In this document: positions 11,301-18,789 of the stretch, piece by piece
How the letters are laid out: the number at the start of each line of letters is the position of its first letter
Numbering within the stretch: position 1 is the first letter of the stretch
Source: Candidatus Moranbacteria bacterium CG10_big_fil_rev_8_21_14_0_10_35_21
GTDB taxonomy: Bacteria; Patescibacteriota; Minisyncoccia; Moranbacterales; UBA2206
Direction: 5' to 3'
Length of the DNA stretch: 57,156 bases
NCBI GenBank assembly: GCA_002773095.1
Contig: PFCG01000022.1
Coordinates: 1-57,156, forward strand
Position numbers and translations under genes: made by a program
The notes under the pieces: model-generated
Told to the model about the DNA's origin: nothing
The model's database searches: none
The model's input: the letters and a program-made list of their open reading frames with translations, nothing else

Positions 11301-14300
11301 TACACCGGATTAGCTGGCTTAGCTGGAGTAATAGTCGCTGAAGAATCAGCAGTGTTTCCATAAGCATCTTTAATTCGTAAATAAACTGTCGCCGGATCAG
11401 AAGTCATTGAACTATAAGTATATGGAGAACTAAAAGATACGAAAGTAGAAAAACTAAGAGTATTGGAAACCGACATGGTGTAACTAGAATCATCAGATGG
11501 AGTAGCTAAGGTTAATAAATTAGTTGTATGATCAATAGCTGTTATAGAAACTCCGGTTGGATTAGCTGTGTCTAAAGCAAAACTGGAAGAAGTTCCATAA
11601 CCCAAATTATTAGCTCCTTCAGCATCATTGGCTTTTATCCTCACTTTCAAAGCTCCGTTATGTTGTGCGTCATAATCAGTTTTAGGAGTCCAAGTTATAG
11701 ATCTCAAAGTTCCAGGAATATAGGCATTAGTAATCGCAATCCCCGCTCCGACATCCCCAGAAACTGTCACCGCGTCGGCCCAAGTGGGGCTACCTCCACA
11801 ATCAGCTGTACAATATTGCAAAGTAACCGCCGCCACATCTGAAGTCGTATCGGAATCTCGCATATCATAAGTGACAGTCACCAAACCATCCGATCCTTGA
11901 GAAGCGGAAACGGTCTGCACTTCCGGCGCAGCATTCACCACATAAATAGTTGTGACATCAGCAATCGTTGGGGCATTAGTTCCATTGGAAGTTAAAGTTA
12001 TTTTATATTGAAACCAATTATCTCCACTCTGATCTTTCATGCCAGCCGGCATAGCATCGCTAGTACAAGTAACTGTAGTTGAAACTTTAGAACAATTAGA
12101 AGTATCCTTAGTAAAATCACTCCAACCTCCCCAAGCAGCACCATCGGAACCAGTCCTTAAGGATATAGTGGCACTAGTTCCAGCTGGAAGAGTTGAGTCC
12201 TCATTCCAACTCAATCCTCCCATAATATTAGCAGCGTCTGTGGTGTTATAGGGAGATGAAGTTAAGACTTGTGTGGTCGGATAATAAGAAGAGTTAATTG
12301 TCACATCATCCAATGAAGGAGTGACACTAGTATCATCCGTTGAAAGCGTAGCCCTATATTGAGCATAGCGATCTCCATCGGTCGTACAACTTCCAGTAGA
12401 AAGGTCAGCTCCATTAGTAATATCTGAACAAACTGAATCCCATGCCTTGGAAACAGTTTCTCCAGAACAAGCCGCATCATCACAAGTTCGTGCTTGAATA
12501 GTAATTGTTTTTCCTAATGTATGTGTCCAAGAAATTAAATCCCAAGTATATGTATTTTTTCCGATATCCATAATATCAGAAGTATAAGTTCCGGGGGTAG
12601 AAAATACTGGGTTATAAAGATACACATCTTTATTGGTCTCGTCATATACATAGGCTATTCTGGGATAATTATCTTTTCCAACCCTTAATCGCATACCACT
12701 TCCAGTCCATGGGATATCCAGTTTAACTGTCGTCGGCCCTGAATAACTTGAACAAGTTGCATTATCGCAACTAACTATTTTCAAATCTGGAGCACCACTA
12801 ACATAATAGGAATACGCAATTACAGGAAATCCATTTGGTCCGATATCAATATCCACATCACCACGCCATTCTTGCGTTGTAAAAGCTACCGTAGAATTAC
12901 CACTAGAACAGGCTCCATTTCCGCACCTCAAAAAAGTAGCCTTGTCGTCTGTAGTATTTCTAAAAACAACATCCGCAATTCCGCCAGAATCAACTTGCAA
13001 AGCTATGGGTTGTTTTCCACCATTTGCAATATCATAGTCTGAATAACCAATAATATTTGAGCTGTTGCCCGCCGAACAAGCAGCGTCTCCACATTGGATA
13101 AAATTAGCAGTAAAATCTGTAGCAGCGCCCGACATATAAGCTATTCTAGGTACGTCGTCTGTTCCTAAATCTAAATCTGAATCAACTTTTCCATAACCAA
13201 CCCCATCACTAGCCACTGGATTTGTTACGAAGGAAGAACAATTAGTTGTCGTGCATTGAGCAAGACTTAATACTGCGCTAACTGAATAAATCATTACCGG
13301 ATTAGAACTAGAATCTACAGTCATATCTATAGCACTACCCCCACTATTCAAAATTGTTACGGGAGAGGAGGGATTAATAGAACTACAAGCGGCATTAGCA
13401 CACTGTGCAAATTTTAATTTGTTATCACTGCTATCTCTATAAAATATTTGCGCAAAATCGTTACTGTTAAGAACAAAAACGCCACTACCAAAGTTGAATC
13501 CAGAACTTGCCAAATTAGTAGTAACTTTTGAAGAACAAGATCCATTTAAACATTGCACAAAATATTTTACAGTGTTATCAGTATATAAAATGCGCGAATA
13601 ACCATCAGATCCAATTTGGGCATCATATACATCGGTACCGGTAGCATCCACTGCACTACTTACGGAACTAGAAGAACTTAATTGGATAGAAGCACTGTCT
13701 CCAGTGTTATCTACATGGGTAGAAGAATAACTAGCACTCGCTGAATTAAAACTAGTATTGTCATCCGTGCTACTGTCAGTTTGCACAATAGAACCAGTCG
13801 AAATTCCCAGTGTGACACTATTATATGGATCCGATCCTCCAGTTAGAGATACTCCGGAATCCTTGGACACATAATCAGTAAATCCAGTTTGATCGCTTCC
13901 ATGTGTCGCACCGGCTCCCGCTAGAGTTCCATCCCATTGGGTTTGCACAAAAGTAAATGTCGCTCCCGAAGAATATTGTGAATTTTGAATATAAGTAGAG
14001 GCCAGAGTAACCACAATGACTGTTAAATATACAAATCTTCTCGCCCAAGTGTTTCTAAATATTTTCCTAATTTTACCAAAAACATTTTGCCAATTAAATA
14101 TATTTTTAATTTGAAAGTTAGTTTTAGCTTCTCTTTTTCTGTGTCTTGATAAAAAGTTTATTTTGTCTATTCTTCTGTTAGGTAAAAACTGTAATTTATT
14201 TATTTTAGCTTTTTTATTTATTTTTACCTTTTGGATAAGATAAATAACCATACCCGATATTATTCGTAAAACTATTTTTATTATTCTCATTAATCCCACA

Positions 14301-14452
14301 AAAATAGTTTTAAACAAACCAACAATCTGCTTAACCGAAATATTCACTCCTCGTTTTTTTCTTCCAGAAGCAAAGGAAACTGTCCTCCGAGATATTCCAT
14401 CTAGGTTTCTATGAGTGACTATTAAGTTTTTCTTTTTTATTGAGAAAAACAT
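8324..14452 (-). CDS. giant membrane-anchored surface protein (about 2040 aa): basic N-tail, one TM, Cys-repeat propeller-like region, beta-sandwich modules, eight FN3-like modules
   Basis: ORF 8324..14470 opens with GTG. The first ATG is at 14452, 5 nt after the stop of the upstream HTH gene. The first 145 aa are Lys/Arg-rich, followed by the hydrophobic span FVYLTVIVVTLASTYI and a Ser/Thr/Asn-rich body. Two repeat systems are listed separately below. Confidence 0.85.
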   Translation of the reverse strand: MFFSIKKKNLIVTHRNLDGISRRTVSFASGRKKRGVNISVKQIVGLFKTIFVGLMRIIKIVLRIISGMVIYLIQKVKINKKAKINKLQFLPNRRIDKINFLSRHRKREAKTNFQIKNIFNWQNVFGKIRKIFRNTWARRFVYLTVIVVTLASTYIQNSQYSSGATFTFVQTQWDGTLAGAGATHGSDQTGFTDYVSKDSGVSLTGGSDPYNSVTLGISTGSIVQTDSSTDDNTSFNSASASYSSTHVDNTGDSASIQLSSSSSVSSAVDATGTDVYDAQIGSDGYSRILYTDNTVKYFVQCLNGSCSSKVTTNLASSGFNFGSGVFVLNSNDFAQIFYRDSSDNKLKFAQCANAACSSINPSSPVTILNSGGSAIDMTVDSSSNPVMIYSVSAVLSLAQCTTTNCSSFVTNPVASDGVGYGKVDSDLDLGTDDVPRIAYMSGAATDFTANFIQCGDAACSAGNSSNIIGYSDYDIANGGKQPIALQVDSGGIADVVFRNTTDDKATFLRCGNGACSSGNSTVAFTTQEWRGDVDIDIGPNGFPVIAYSYYVSGAPDLKIVSCDNATCSSYSGPTTVKLDIPWTGSGMRLRVGKDNYPRIAYVYDETNKDVYLYNPVFSTPGTYTSDIMDIGKNTYTWDLISWTHTLGKTITIQARTCDDAACSGETVSKAWDSVCSDITNGADLSTGSCTTDGDRYAQYRATLSTDDTSVTPSLDDVTINSSYYPTTQVLTSSPYNTTDAANIMGGLSWNEDSTLPAGTSATISLRTGSDGAAWGGWSDFTKDTSNCSKVSTTVTCTSDAMPAGMKDQSGDNWFQYKITLTSNGTNAPTIADVTTIYVVNAAPEVQTVSASQGSDGLVTVTYDMRDSDTTSDVAAVTLQYCTADCGGSPTWADAVTVSGDVGAGIAITNAYIPGTLRSITWTPKTDYDAQHNGALKVRIKANDAEGANNLGYGTSSSFALDTANPTGVSITAIDHTTNLLTLATPSDDSSYTMSVSNTLSFSTFVSFSSPYTYSSMTSDPATVYLRIKDAYGNTADSSATITPAKPANPVYYDTSDSGNSIYREFIAWNTISGSEVGAGFTSYNLWRSAGSSLTLNEELTNSDTTAITVTNGSLLPTSGTIIIGDEQITYTSKSTNDLGGTITRGVNNTVAASHSTGDAIWLKAQTSTDRTVNYVIDSGLTAATHYYYKINVQDSAGNLSAYSDTVDDIPDGAGSSDSTAPTISSVAISGIGTTSATVTWTTNELSSSSVGYSTDATYLPTTGNASMVTSHSVIVTGILPNTIYNIQVKSQDASGNEATNDKDSPGSSPIANYTFTTLDGPAISNVTAPQVSNNQVTISWLTTVDSDTQVIYSDTLSSGALVGAETIPAVSGGLVGGSYPYVHTQIVNSFEGSPLVSGTTYYFYVQSTDASSNVATDNNAGNFYSFVTTSDVVAPVISNPNVAIINNTSAAINWTTDENANSKVSYGTVSGVLGSTGTVATYDKSHYVILTGLTANTKYYYTVTSVDINTNSTISVEYNFTTLRVPGEQHDALSAITNIADPPSVITDTKAVVTFNTDQNAKCTIEYGTASGSYTEVPIAETLYNSNHSIHVTGLIFSTTYYYRITCVDNLDNTVMSSEYSFITSAELLTSSGWGDTADATAPSISGINIGTITGESVTATWTTDEEANSLVAYGLVDGTYDNIAGNYEVNSDSANYVTDHSVIINGLIPASKYYYTIISTDAAGNIAESAQGNFTTSEPSTLSSIKVVSTSLNQAVITWSTSKDTTSTVEYGLTTSYGETKESTTLTKVHEVTLTSLISSQIYHFRVKGKDATNNLYSSGDYTFEPKSPPAISGTEITDVTENSVVVKFTTNVPTDALISYTDLSEGKGSGFQGVPTLTSTHEVELKNLIAGTTFSTKIKARDEEGNETEQDGPNFTTGKDENAPKIDQIRTDSALAQGDRVQTIISWTTDEPATTALIYKEGKSGQEKEVKISEDFAPSHIAVVTIFKPGTVYYFKAKSIDKSGNEGTSTEYALLTPRRKENVVQMIINNFQDIFGWVRR
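8408..10798 (-). other. eight tandem FN3 / purple-acid-phosphatase-N-like modules (coordinates approximate)
   Basis: Recurrent ..VTWTT/..ISWTT.. start and YY..V.S.D..GN end, e.g. IYNIQVKSQDASGN, YYFYVQSTDASSN, YYYTVTSVDINTN, YYYTIISTDAAGN and VYYFKAKSIDKSGN. Confidence 0.65.
12611..13648 (-). other. six ~50-aa repeats each carrying C-x4-C (coordinates approximate)
   Basis: Motifs FVQCLNGSCSS, FAQCANAACSS, LAQCTTTNCSS, FIQCGDAACSAG, FLRCGNGACSS and IVSCDNATCSS at aa 307, 357, 406, 460, 516 and 568. Each follows a hydrophobic strand (e.g. PRIAY, PVIAY). The periodicity suggests a 6-bladed propeller. Confidence 0.5.
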
Positions 14453-14457
14453 ATACT

Positions 14458-14667
14458 TTAATTTTTGCACCGGAAAGCCGGCAGATTACTTCTCATCTCC
14501 TTCATAAATTTCTTGATTATTTCAATATCTTTTTCGTTATAAAAACGCCATCCTCTGGAGTCTTTTTGAGGATGTGGAATAAGCCCAGCGCGTTCCCAGC
14601 GTAGGATGGTATTTCTGTCACGGTCTATAAGCTTCTCTACATCTTTAACTCTTATGTATTCCATCAT
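14458..14667 (-). CDS. stand-alone MerR/excisionase-type HTH protein (69 aa), copy 1
   Basis: MMEYIRVKDVEKLIDRDRNTILRWERAGLIPHPQKDSRGWRFYNEKDIEIIKKF. Nearly identical to copy 2 over the HTH. ACGGGG-AAAAAA-ATG gives an SD-like GGGG 6 nt upstream. Confidence 0.7.
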   Translation of the reverse strand: MMEYIRVKDVEKLIDRDRNTILRWERAGLIPHPQKDSRGWRFYNEKDIEIIKKFMKEMRSNLPAFRCKN

Positions 14668-14995
14668 TTTTTTCCCCGTTAGAAATTCCAGGATTAATTA
14701 GATAATTTTTTAGCCTATTTTTTATGTAGCGCTTCCCCATTCCAGATTTAAGATACTTTTCTCTTGCTTTTGCGTCATCTATGTTTAAACCTGCTTCGCT
14801 ATAAATTATTTGAAATGGCCCTCTATTTTTGGTAGAAAGACTTTTTCCCTGATTATGTTGTGAAAGTCTTTTTTTTAAATTTTGCGTATAGCCCGTATAC
14901 CAACATTTATCCTTCTCACTTCTTAAAACATAAACATACCACCACTGGTGAATTTCTAACGGGGTTTCGACGTCTTTGATACGGATATATGTCAT
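14645..14995 (-). CDS. GIY-YIG nuclease (COG2827/UPF0213 type) fused behind 11 MerR-like codons
   Basis: WYVYVLRSEKDKCWYTGYTQNLKKRLSQHNQGKSLSTKNRGPFQIIYSE...AKAREKYLKSGMGKRYIKNRL matches the small GIY-YIG family. The N-terminal MTYIRIKDVE copies the MerR-like gene start. Confidence 0.8.
   Translation of the reverse strand: MTYIRIKDVETPLEIHQWWYVYVLRSEKDKCWYTGYTQNLKKRLSQHNQGKSLSTKNRGPFQIIYSEAGLNIDDAKAREKYLKSGMGKRYIKNRLKNYLINPGISNGEKNDGIHKS
14674..14964 (-). mobile_element. GIY-YIG cassette bounded by a perfect 15-nt inverted repeat
   Basis: CCCCGTTAGAAATTC at 14674..14688 and GAATTTCTAACGGGG at 14950..14964 are exact reverse complements. They enclose only the GIY-YIG domain coding sequence. 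Confidence 0.6.
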
Positions 14996-15105
14996 CTACT
15001 TTTACTTTTTGTATTTATTTTATTTTCAATATTTTTTTCGTGTTATATGCTATATGTTTCATGTTTTATTAATAGCTTTATTATATCCTATTTTAAATAT
15101 ATTTG

Positions 15106-15129
15106 ATATAGTGAATATATTCACTATAT
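15106..15129 (-). promoter_or_regulatory. 24-bp perfect palindrome in a candidate promoter spacer (possible MerR-type operator)
   Basis: ATATAGTGAATATATTCACTATAT. On the minus strand it reads TTGTTA, an 18-nt spacer and TATATC, upstream of the GIY-YIG / HTH / giant-protein gene string. Confidence 0.4.
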
Positions 15130-15130
15130 A

Positions 15131-15154
15131 ACAAAAAATAAGCCATTAAGGCTT
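15131..15154 (-). terminator. rho-independent terminator after ddl
   Basis: The minus strand reads AAGCC-TTAAT-GGCTT followed by ATTTTTTG. Confidence 0.55.
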
Positions 15155-15261
15155 AAATAAGGCAAAATATGGACTATTTTAGATTTTCTTACAAAAGTTA
15201 TCCACACCCCTAAAATAACCTTTTTTACCAAAATTTATCACGGGGCGTAGTAGGTATAATC

Positions 15262-16218
15262 TTAACTATTTTTTCGTTTTTTCCCCAAGGCTAACTTTAC
15301 TTGTAATTCAATGAACTTCGAAAAACTAATTCCAGCTGCTCTCGCCTCTTTTGGACAAAGACTGGCCTCAGTTTGTCCAGGAATAGTATTTATTTCTAAA
15401 AAATGAAGTTTGCCTTTTTTGTCTAGAATAAAATCTGATCGAGTTAGGCCATCACATCCTAACGCTTGATGAATTTTGACGGATAACTCTCCAATTTCTT
15501 TTTCCGATTTTGACGAAATTTTAGCTGGAGAAATTTCTTGAGTATCTTGAGAAAAATATTTTTCTTCATACCCGAAAAATTTATTTTTACCTACAATAAT
15601 TTCTGCCGAAGGCAAGACTTTTATTTTTTTGTTTCCAGTATTTCCCAAAACTCCGCAAGTAAGTTCTCTTCCGGAAATATATTTTTGCACCATCACCCAC
15701 TCCCCTTCTCGAAAGGCCTCCTTTAATGCTTGCGAAAGTTCTCCTTGTTTTTTTGTAATAGACACTCCGATGCTCGATCCAGATTCGCTAGGCTTAACTA
15801 CACAAGGAAATCCAATTTCTTTTTTTATTTTTTCCGGAAGATTCTTTTCTCCTTTTTTAATCACTATAAAATCAGGAAAACTTATTCCGTAAGCTCTTAG
15901 AAAATCCAAACACTTTATTTTATCCATGCCTAAAGCACTAGCTAAAACCCCAGAACCAGTATAAGGAATTTTCAAAAAGTCCAAAATGGCTTGGATTTTT
16001 CCATCCTCTCCAAATTGTCCATGAAGCGCAATAAAAGCTACTTGAAACTTTCCTTTAGAAATTTGCCCAAACCATTTTCCATTTTTAGAAACATCTAAAA
16101 CATTAGCTTGATATTTTTCTTTTGGAAGTGCTTTGGCCACTTGCTGCGCTGTCTTAATTGACACTTCCCGTTCGCTGGAAAAACCACCACCTAAAACCGC
16201 TACTCTGATTTTTTTCAT
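15262..16218 (-). CDS. ddl: D-alanine--D-alanine ligase
   Basis: KIRVAVLGGGFSSEREVS start and an ATP-grasp body (FPCVVKPSESGSSIGV, LEINTIPG). Confidence 0.9.
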   Translation of the reverse strand: MKKIRVAVLGGGFSSEREVSIKTAQQVAKALPKEKYQANVLDVSKNGKWFGQISKGKFQVAFIALHGQFGEDGKIQAILDFLKIPYTGSGVLASALGMDKIKCLDFLRAYGISFPDFIVIKKGEKNLPEKIKKEIGFPCVVKPSESGSSIGVSITKKQGELSQALKEAFREGEWVMVQKYISGRELTCGVLGNTGNKKIKVLPSAEIIVGKNKFFGYEEKYFSQDTQEISPAKISSKSEKEIGELSVKIHQALGCDGLTRSDFILDKKGKLHFLEINTIPGQTEASLCPKEARAAGISFSKFIELQVKLALGKKRKNS

Positions 16219-16227
16219 ATTATAAAA

Positions 16228-17436
16228 TTATTTATATCTTAACGCATCTAACGGATCAATTTTGCTGGCCCGTCTGGCTGGTATAAATCCAGTAATAAAT
16301 CCTACAAACCCAGCAAAAACAATAATGACCACCACAAACCATAGCGGGCTGTAAAATAAACTAACCGCTTCACCTCCAAAATGAGAAGCAATAAAATTAA
16401 TTGTTACATTGAATAACCTACCACCTAAAATTCCAATTCCTACTCCACCCAATCCTCCTAAAAATCCCATCACACTAGCTTCCATAACAAACATCATAGA
16501 AATAGCCCGATCTGATGCTCCAATAGATTTCATAATTCCAATTTCTTCGGTTCTTTCCAATAGAGCAATAGTCATAGTGTTAAACATACCAATAGCACTG
16601 ACTATGAGAGCAATAATACCAAAGAGCATTAAAATAAGCTGAATAATTTTGAAAATTTGATTGGCCTGATCCACTGTATCAGAAAGAGAAGCAACTAATA
16701 AACCTTTTTCTAATATGGTGTCTCGAATGGCTCCCATAGTATCGCTATCTTTGGCTTTAACTTTTAATTGAGTATATCTATTTATTTCAATATTTTCTAG
16801 TGAAGAAGAATTTAGATAAATAATGTTTTCTTCACTTTCCACGTTACCTACTATTTTATATTTTTTATCTGATTCAATTTTTTTAAAATTACTAGTCAGA
16901 GAATTTTCTGATAATTGATTATCTTCCGGAATAAAAAAAGTGAAGGAGACTTCCTTGCCTAACATATCCTCTAGGCTCATTCCAAAAACTTGAGCAATTG
17001 AATTGGCCACCACTACTCCCTCTGGTTCTGCATCTTTTAATTCTTCTCCCTGCTCAATTTTAATTCCGCCTAATCTTAAAAAAGATGGCTTAATTCCAAT
17101 AACCGAAATATCCGCTGAAAGGTTTTCTAAATGTCCTTGGGCGGTTAATTGAAAAGCCGGACTAACTTCAGCTACATTTTCCATTTCCTCAATATTTTTT
17201 ACGACATCTTTACTTAAAGAAACCAATCCTGATTTTGATTCGGCTACATCCAAAGTTAGTAAGGATTCAGAGGTAGTAATTCTTTCCAATAAAGTTTTTT
17301 GTAAACCATAGCCTAAAGAAACCAAAAATAAAATAGCTCCAATACCGATGCCCATTCCTAAAACAGTTAAAAGCGTTCGCGAGGTGCGCGCTTTAAACAT
17401 TCGAGTAGACAATCTGAATAAATCTATAAATTTCAT
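16228..17436 (-). CDS. ABC transporter permease, MacB/FtsX-like
   Basis: N-terminal TM, a large extracytoplasmic domain, then the FtsX-type three-TM bundle (ERTEEIGIMKSIGAS...). Overlaps the upstream ATPase gene by 4 nt. Confidence 0.8.
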   Translation of the reverse strand: MKFIDLFRLSTRMFKARTSRTLLTVLGMGIGIGAILFLVSLGYGLQKTLLERITTSESLLTLDVAESKSGLVSLSKDVVKNIEEMENVAEVSPAFQLTAQGHLENLSADISVIGIKPSFLRLGGIKIEQGEELKDAEPEGVVVANSIAQVFGMSLEDMLGKEVSFTFFIPEDNQLSENSLTSNFKKIESDKKYKIVGNVESEENIIYLNSSSLENIEINRYTQLKVKAKDSDTMGAIRDTILEKGLLVASLSDTVDQANQIFKIIQLILMLFGIIALIVSAIGMFNTMTIALLERTEEIGIMKSIGASDRAISMMFVMEASVMGFLGGLGGVGIGILGGRLFNVTINFIASHFGGEAVSLFYSPLWFVVVIIVFAGFVGFITGFIPARRASKIDPLDALRYK

Positions 17437-18746
17437 ACTTTCCCTGTAAATTTTAAAAGCATTAAAATCTCCACCTCTTTCACTACTTTTTTTGAGGTAT
17501 TTTTATACATTCCAATCCCTCCCAAAATACGAGAAGCATCTAACTTTTGATTCAAAGTGGAGGCATCAATTTTATTCTCCAGTCTAAGCTGGATAAATGA
17601 TTGAAATTTTTCTTTTATATCCGCATCCAAATGAGTTCCACAAACATTTAAAAGATAATCAGCAATCGCTTCTGAATTGGATCCATTGCTAATATTTTCT
17701 GCCTTTTCTAACATTGTTTTAACTCTTCGACTAAATGAGCGCGCTCGCTGTTTGTTCCATCCAGCTCCACCTTTTTCCAAATCATCATCTAATTTTTTTT
17801 CCAAACCAGCAAAATCAATATTTTTAAACATTAGCTCTTTCAAAAAATTTTCTGCTGCCGCTACCTGCTCTTCCATTAATTCTGAAAGAATATGACTAAG
17901 AATCTGTTTGGCTTTATAGGGAATAAGCAAACCTCCCATCTGTTGAGGAGAAAAATTTTTAAATGTCCTCATCAACAACTTGAGCTCATTGGAAATACTG
18001 TCTGGTTCAATCAACGCCTCCTCTTTCTCAAGCACTTCTTTCGGACGTTTTTCTTGATTAACTTCTTCACTTACAATTTTTCCGTCTTTCATATAAATAA
18101 CCCGATTGGCAAAATGCAGATGTTCCGCATTGTGAGTTACCATTACGACTGTTTTCTTATCGGTTTTATTCAAATCACTTAAAATCTGAAGCACATTTTC
18201 CGCCGATTCGCTATCCAAATTTCCCACCGGCTCATCAGCTAAAATAATACTAGGATTATTTATTAGCGACCGAGCAATTGCCGCTCGCTGTTTTTGACCA
18301 CCAGACAACTGATTAGGAAATTTATCTGCTTGTTCCGCAATACCAAAACGTTTCAAAAGACTCATACCTTCTTCTTTTCTTTTCTGCAAATCTTCTCCAC
18401 CAAAGACCATAGGCAAACAAACATTATCTAAAACGGTCAAAGAATCAATTAAATAAAAAGCCTGAAAAACCATTCCCACCGAAGATCGATGCAGAATCAC
18501 TTTCTCTTTTTTCGTCATTTCTGAAATATTTTTTCCATCTACTATGGCGTCACCGCTAGTAGCTGATTGCAATCCGGAAATGGTATAAAGCAAGGTTGAT
18601 TTTCCACAACCTGAAGGACCATAAATAATAATATATTCCTCCGGAAATATATTTAAACTAGCGTCTTCCAATGATCTAACCTCATTATCCTTACCTTGAT
18701 TATAGATAACACTAGCTTTATTAATTTGTATAATTGGATCAGGCAT
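17433..18746 (-). CDS. ABC transporter ATP-binding protein with ~200-aa helical C-terminal extension
   Basis: Walker A GPSGCGKST, signature LSGGQKQR and Walker B ILADEP. The extra C-terminal domain has no family I can recognise. Confidence 0.85.
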   Translation of the reverse strand: MPDPIIQINKASVIYNQGKDNEVRSLEDASLNIFPEEYIIIYGPSGCGKSTLLYTISGLQSATSGDAIVDGKNISEMTKKEKVILHRSSVGMVFQAFYLIDSLTVLDNVCLPMVFGGEDLQKRKEEGMSLLKRFGIAEQADKFPNQLSGGQKQRAAIARSLINNPSIILADEPVGNLDSESAENVLQILSDLNKTDKKTVVMVTHNAEHLHFANRVIYMKDGKIVSEEVNQEKRPKEVLEKEEALIEPDSISNELKLLMRTFKNFSPQQMGGLLIPYKAKQILSHILSELMEEQVAAAENFLKELMFKNIDFAGLEKKLDDDLEKGGAGWNKQRARSFSRRVKTMLEKAENISNGSNSEAIADYLLNVCGTHLDADIKEKFQSFIQLRLENKIDASTLNQKLDASRILGGIGMYKNTSKKVVKEVEILMLLKFTGKV

Positions 18747-18789
18747 TTACTTCATTTTACCATATTTTTGGGCTTTTTAACATATGGCT

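Noticed and set aside
15105-15134. Plus-strand reading of the palindromic promoter (TTGATA-18-TATAAC).
   Set aside because: It would only drive antisense transcription into ddl, and no plus-strand gene follows. It is kept only as a note under the operator finding.
15199-15207. Perfect DnaA-box 9-mer TTATCCACA, in a window that also contains parAB.
   Set aside because: It is a single isolated box. There is no cluster, no adjacent AT-rich unwinding element arrangement and no dnaA/dnaN nearby. One such 9-mer in 57 kb of AT-rich DNA is compatible with chance.
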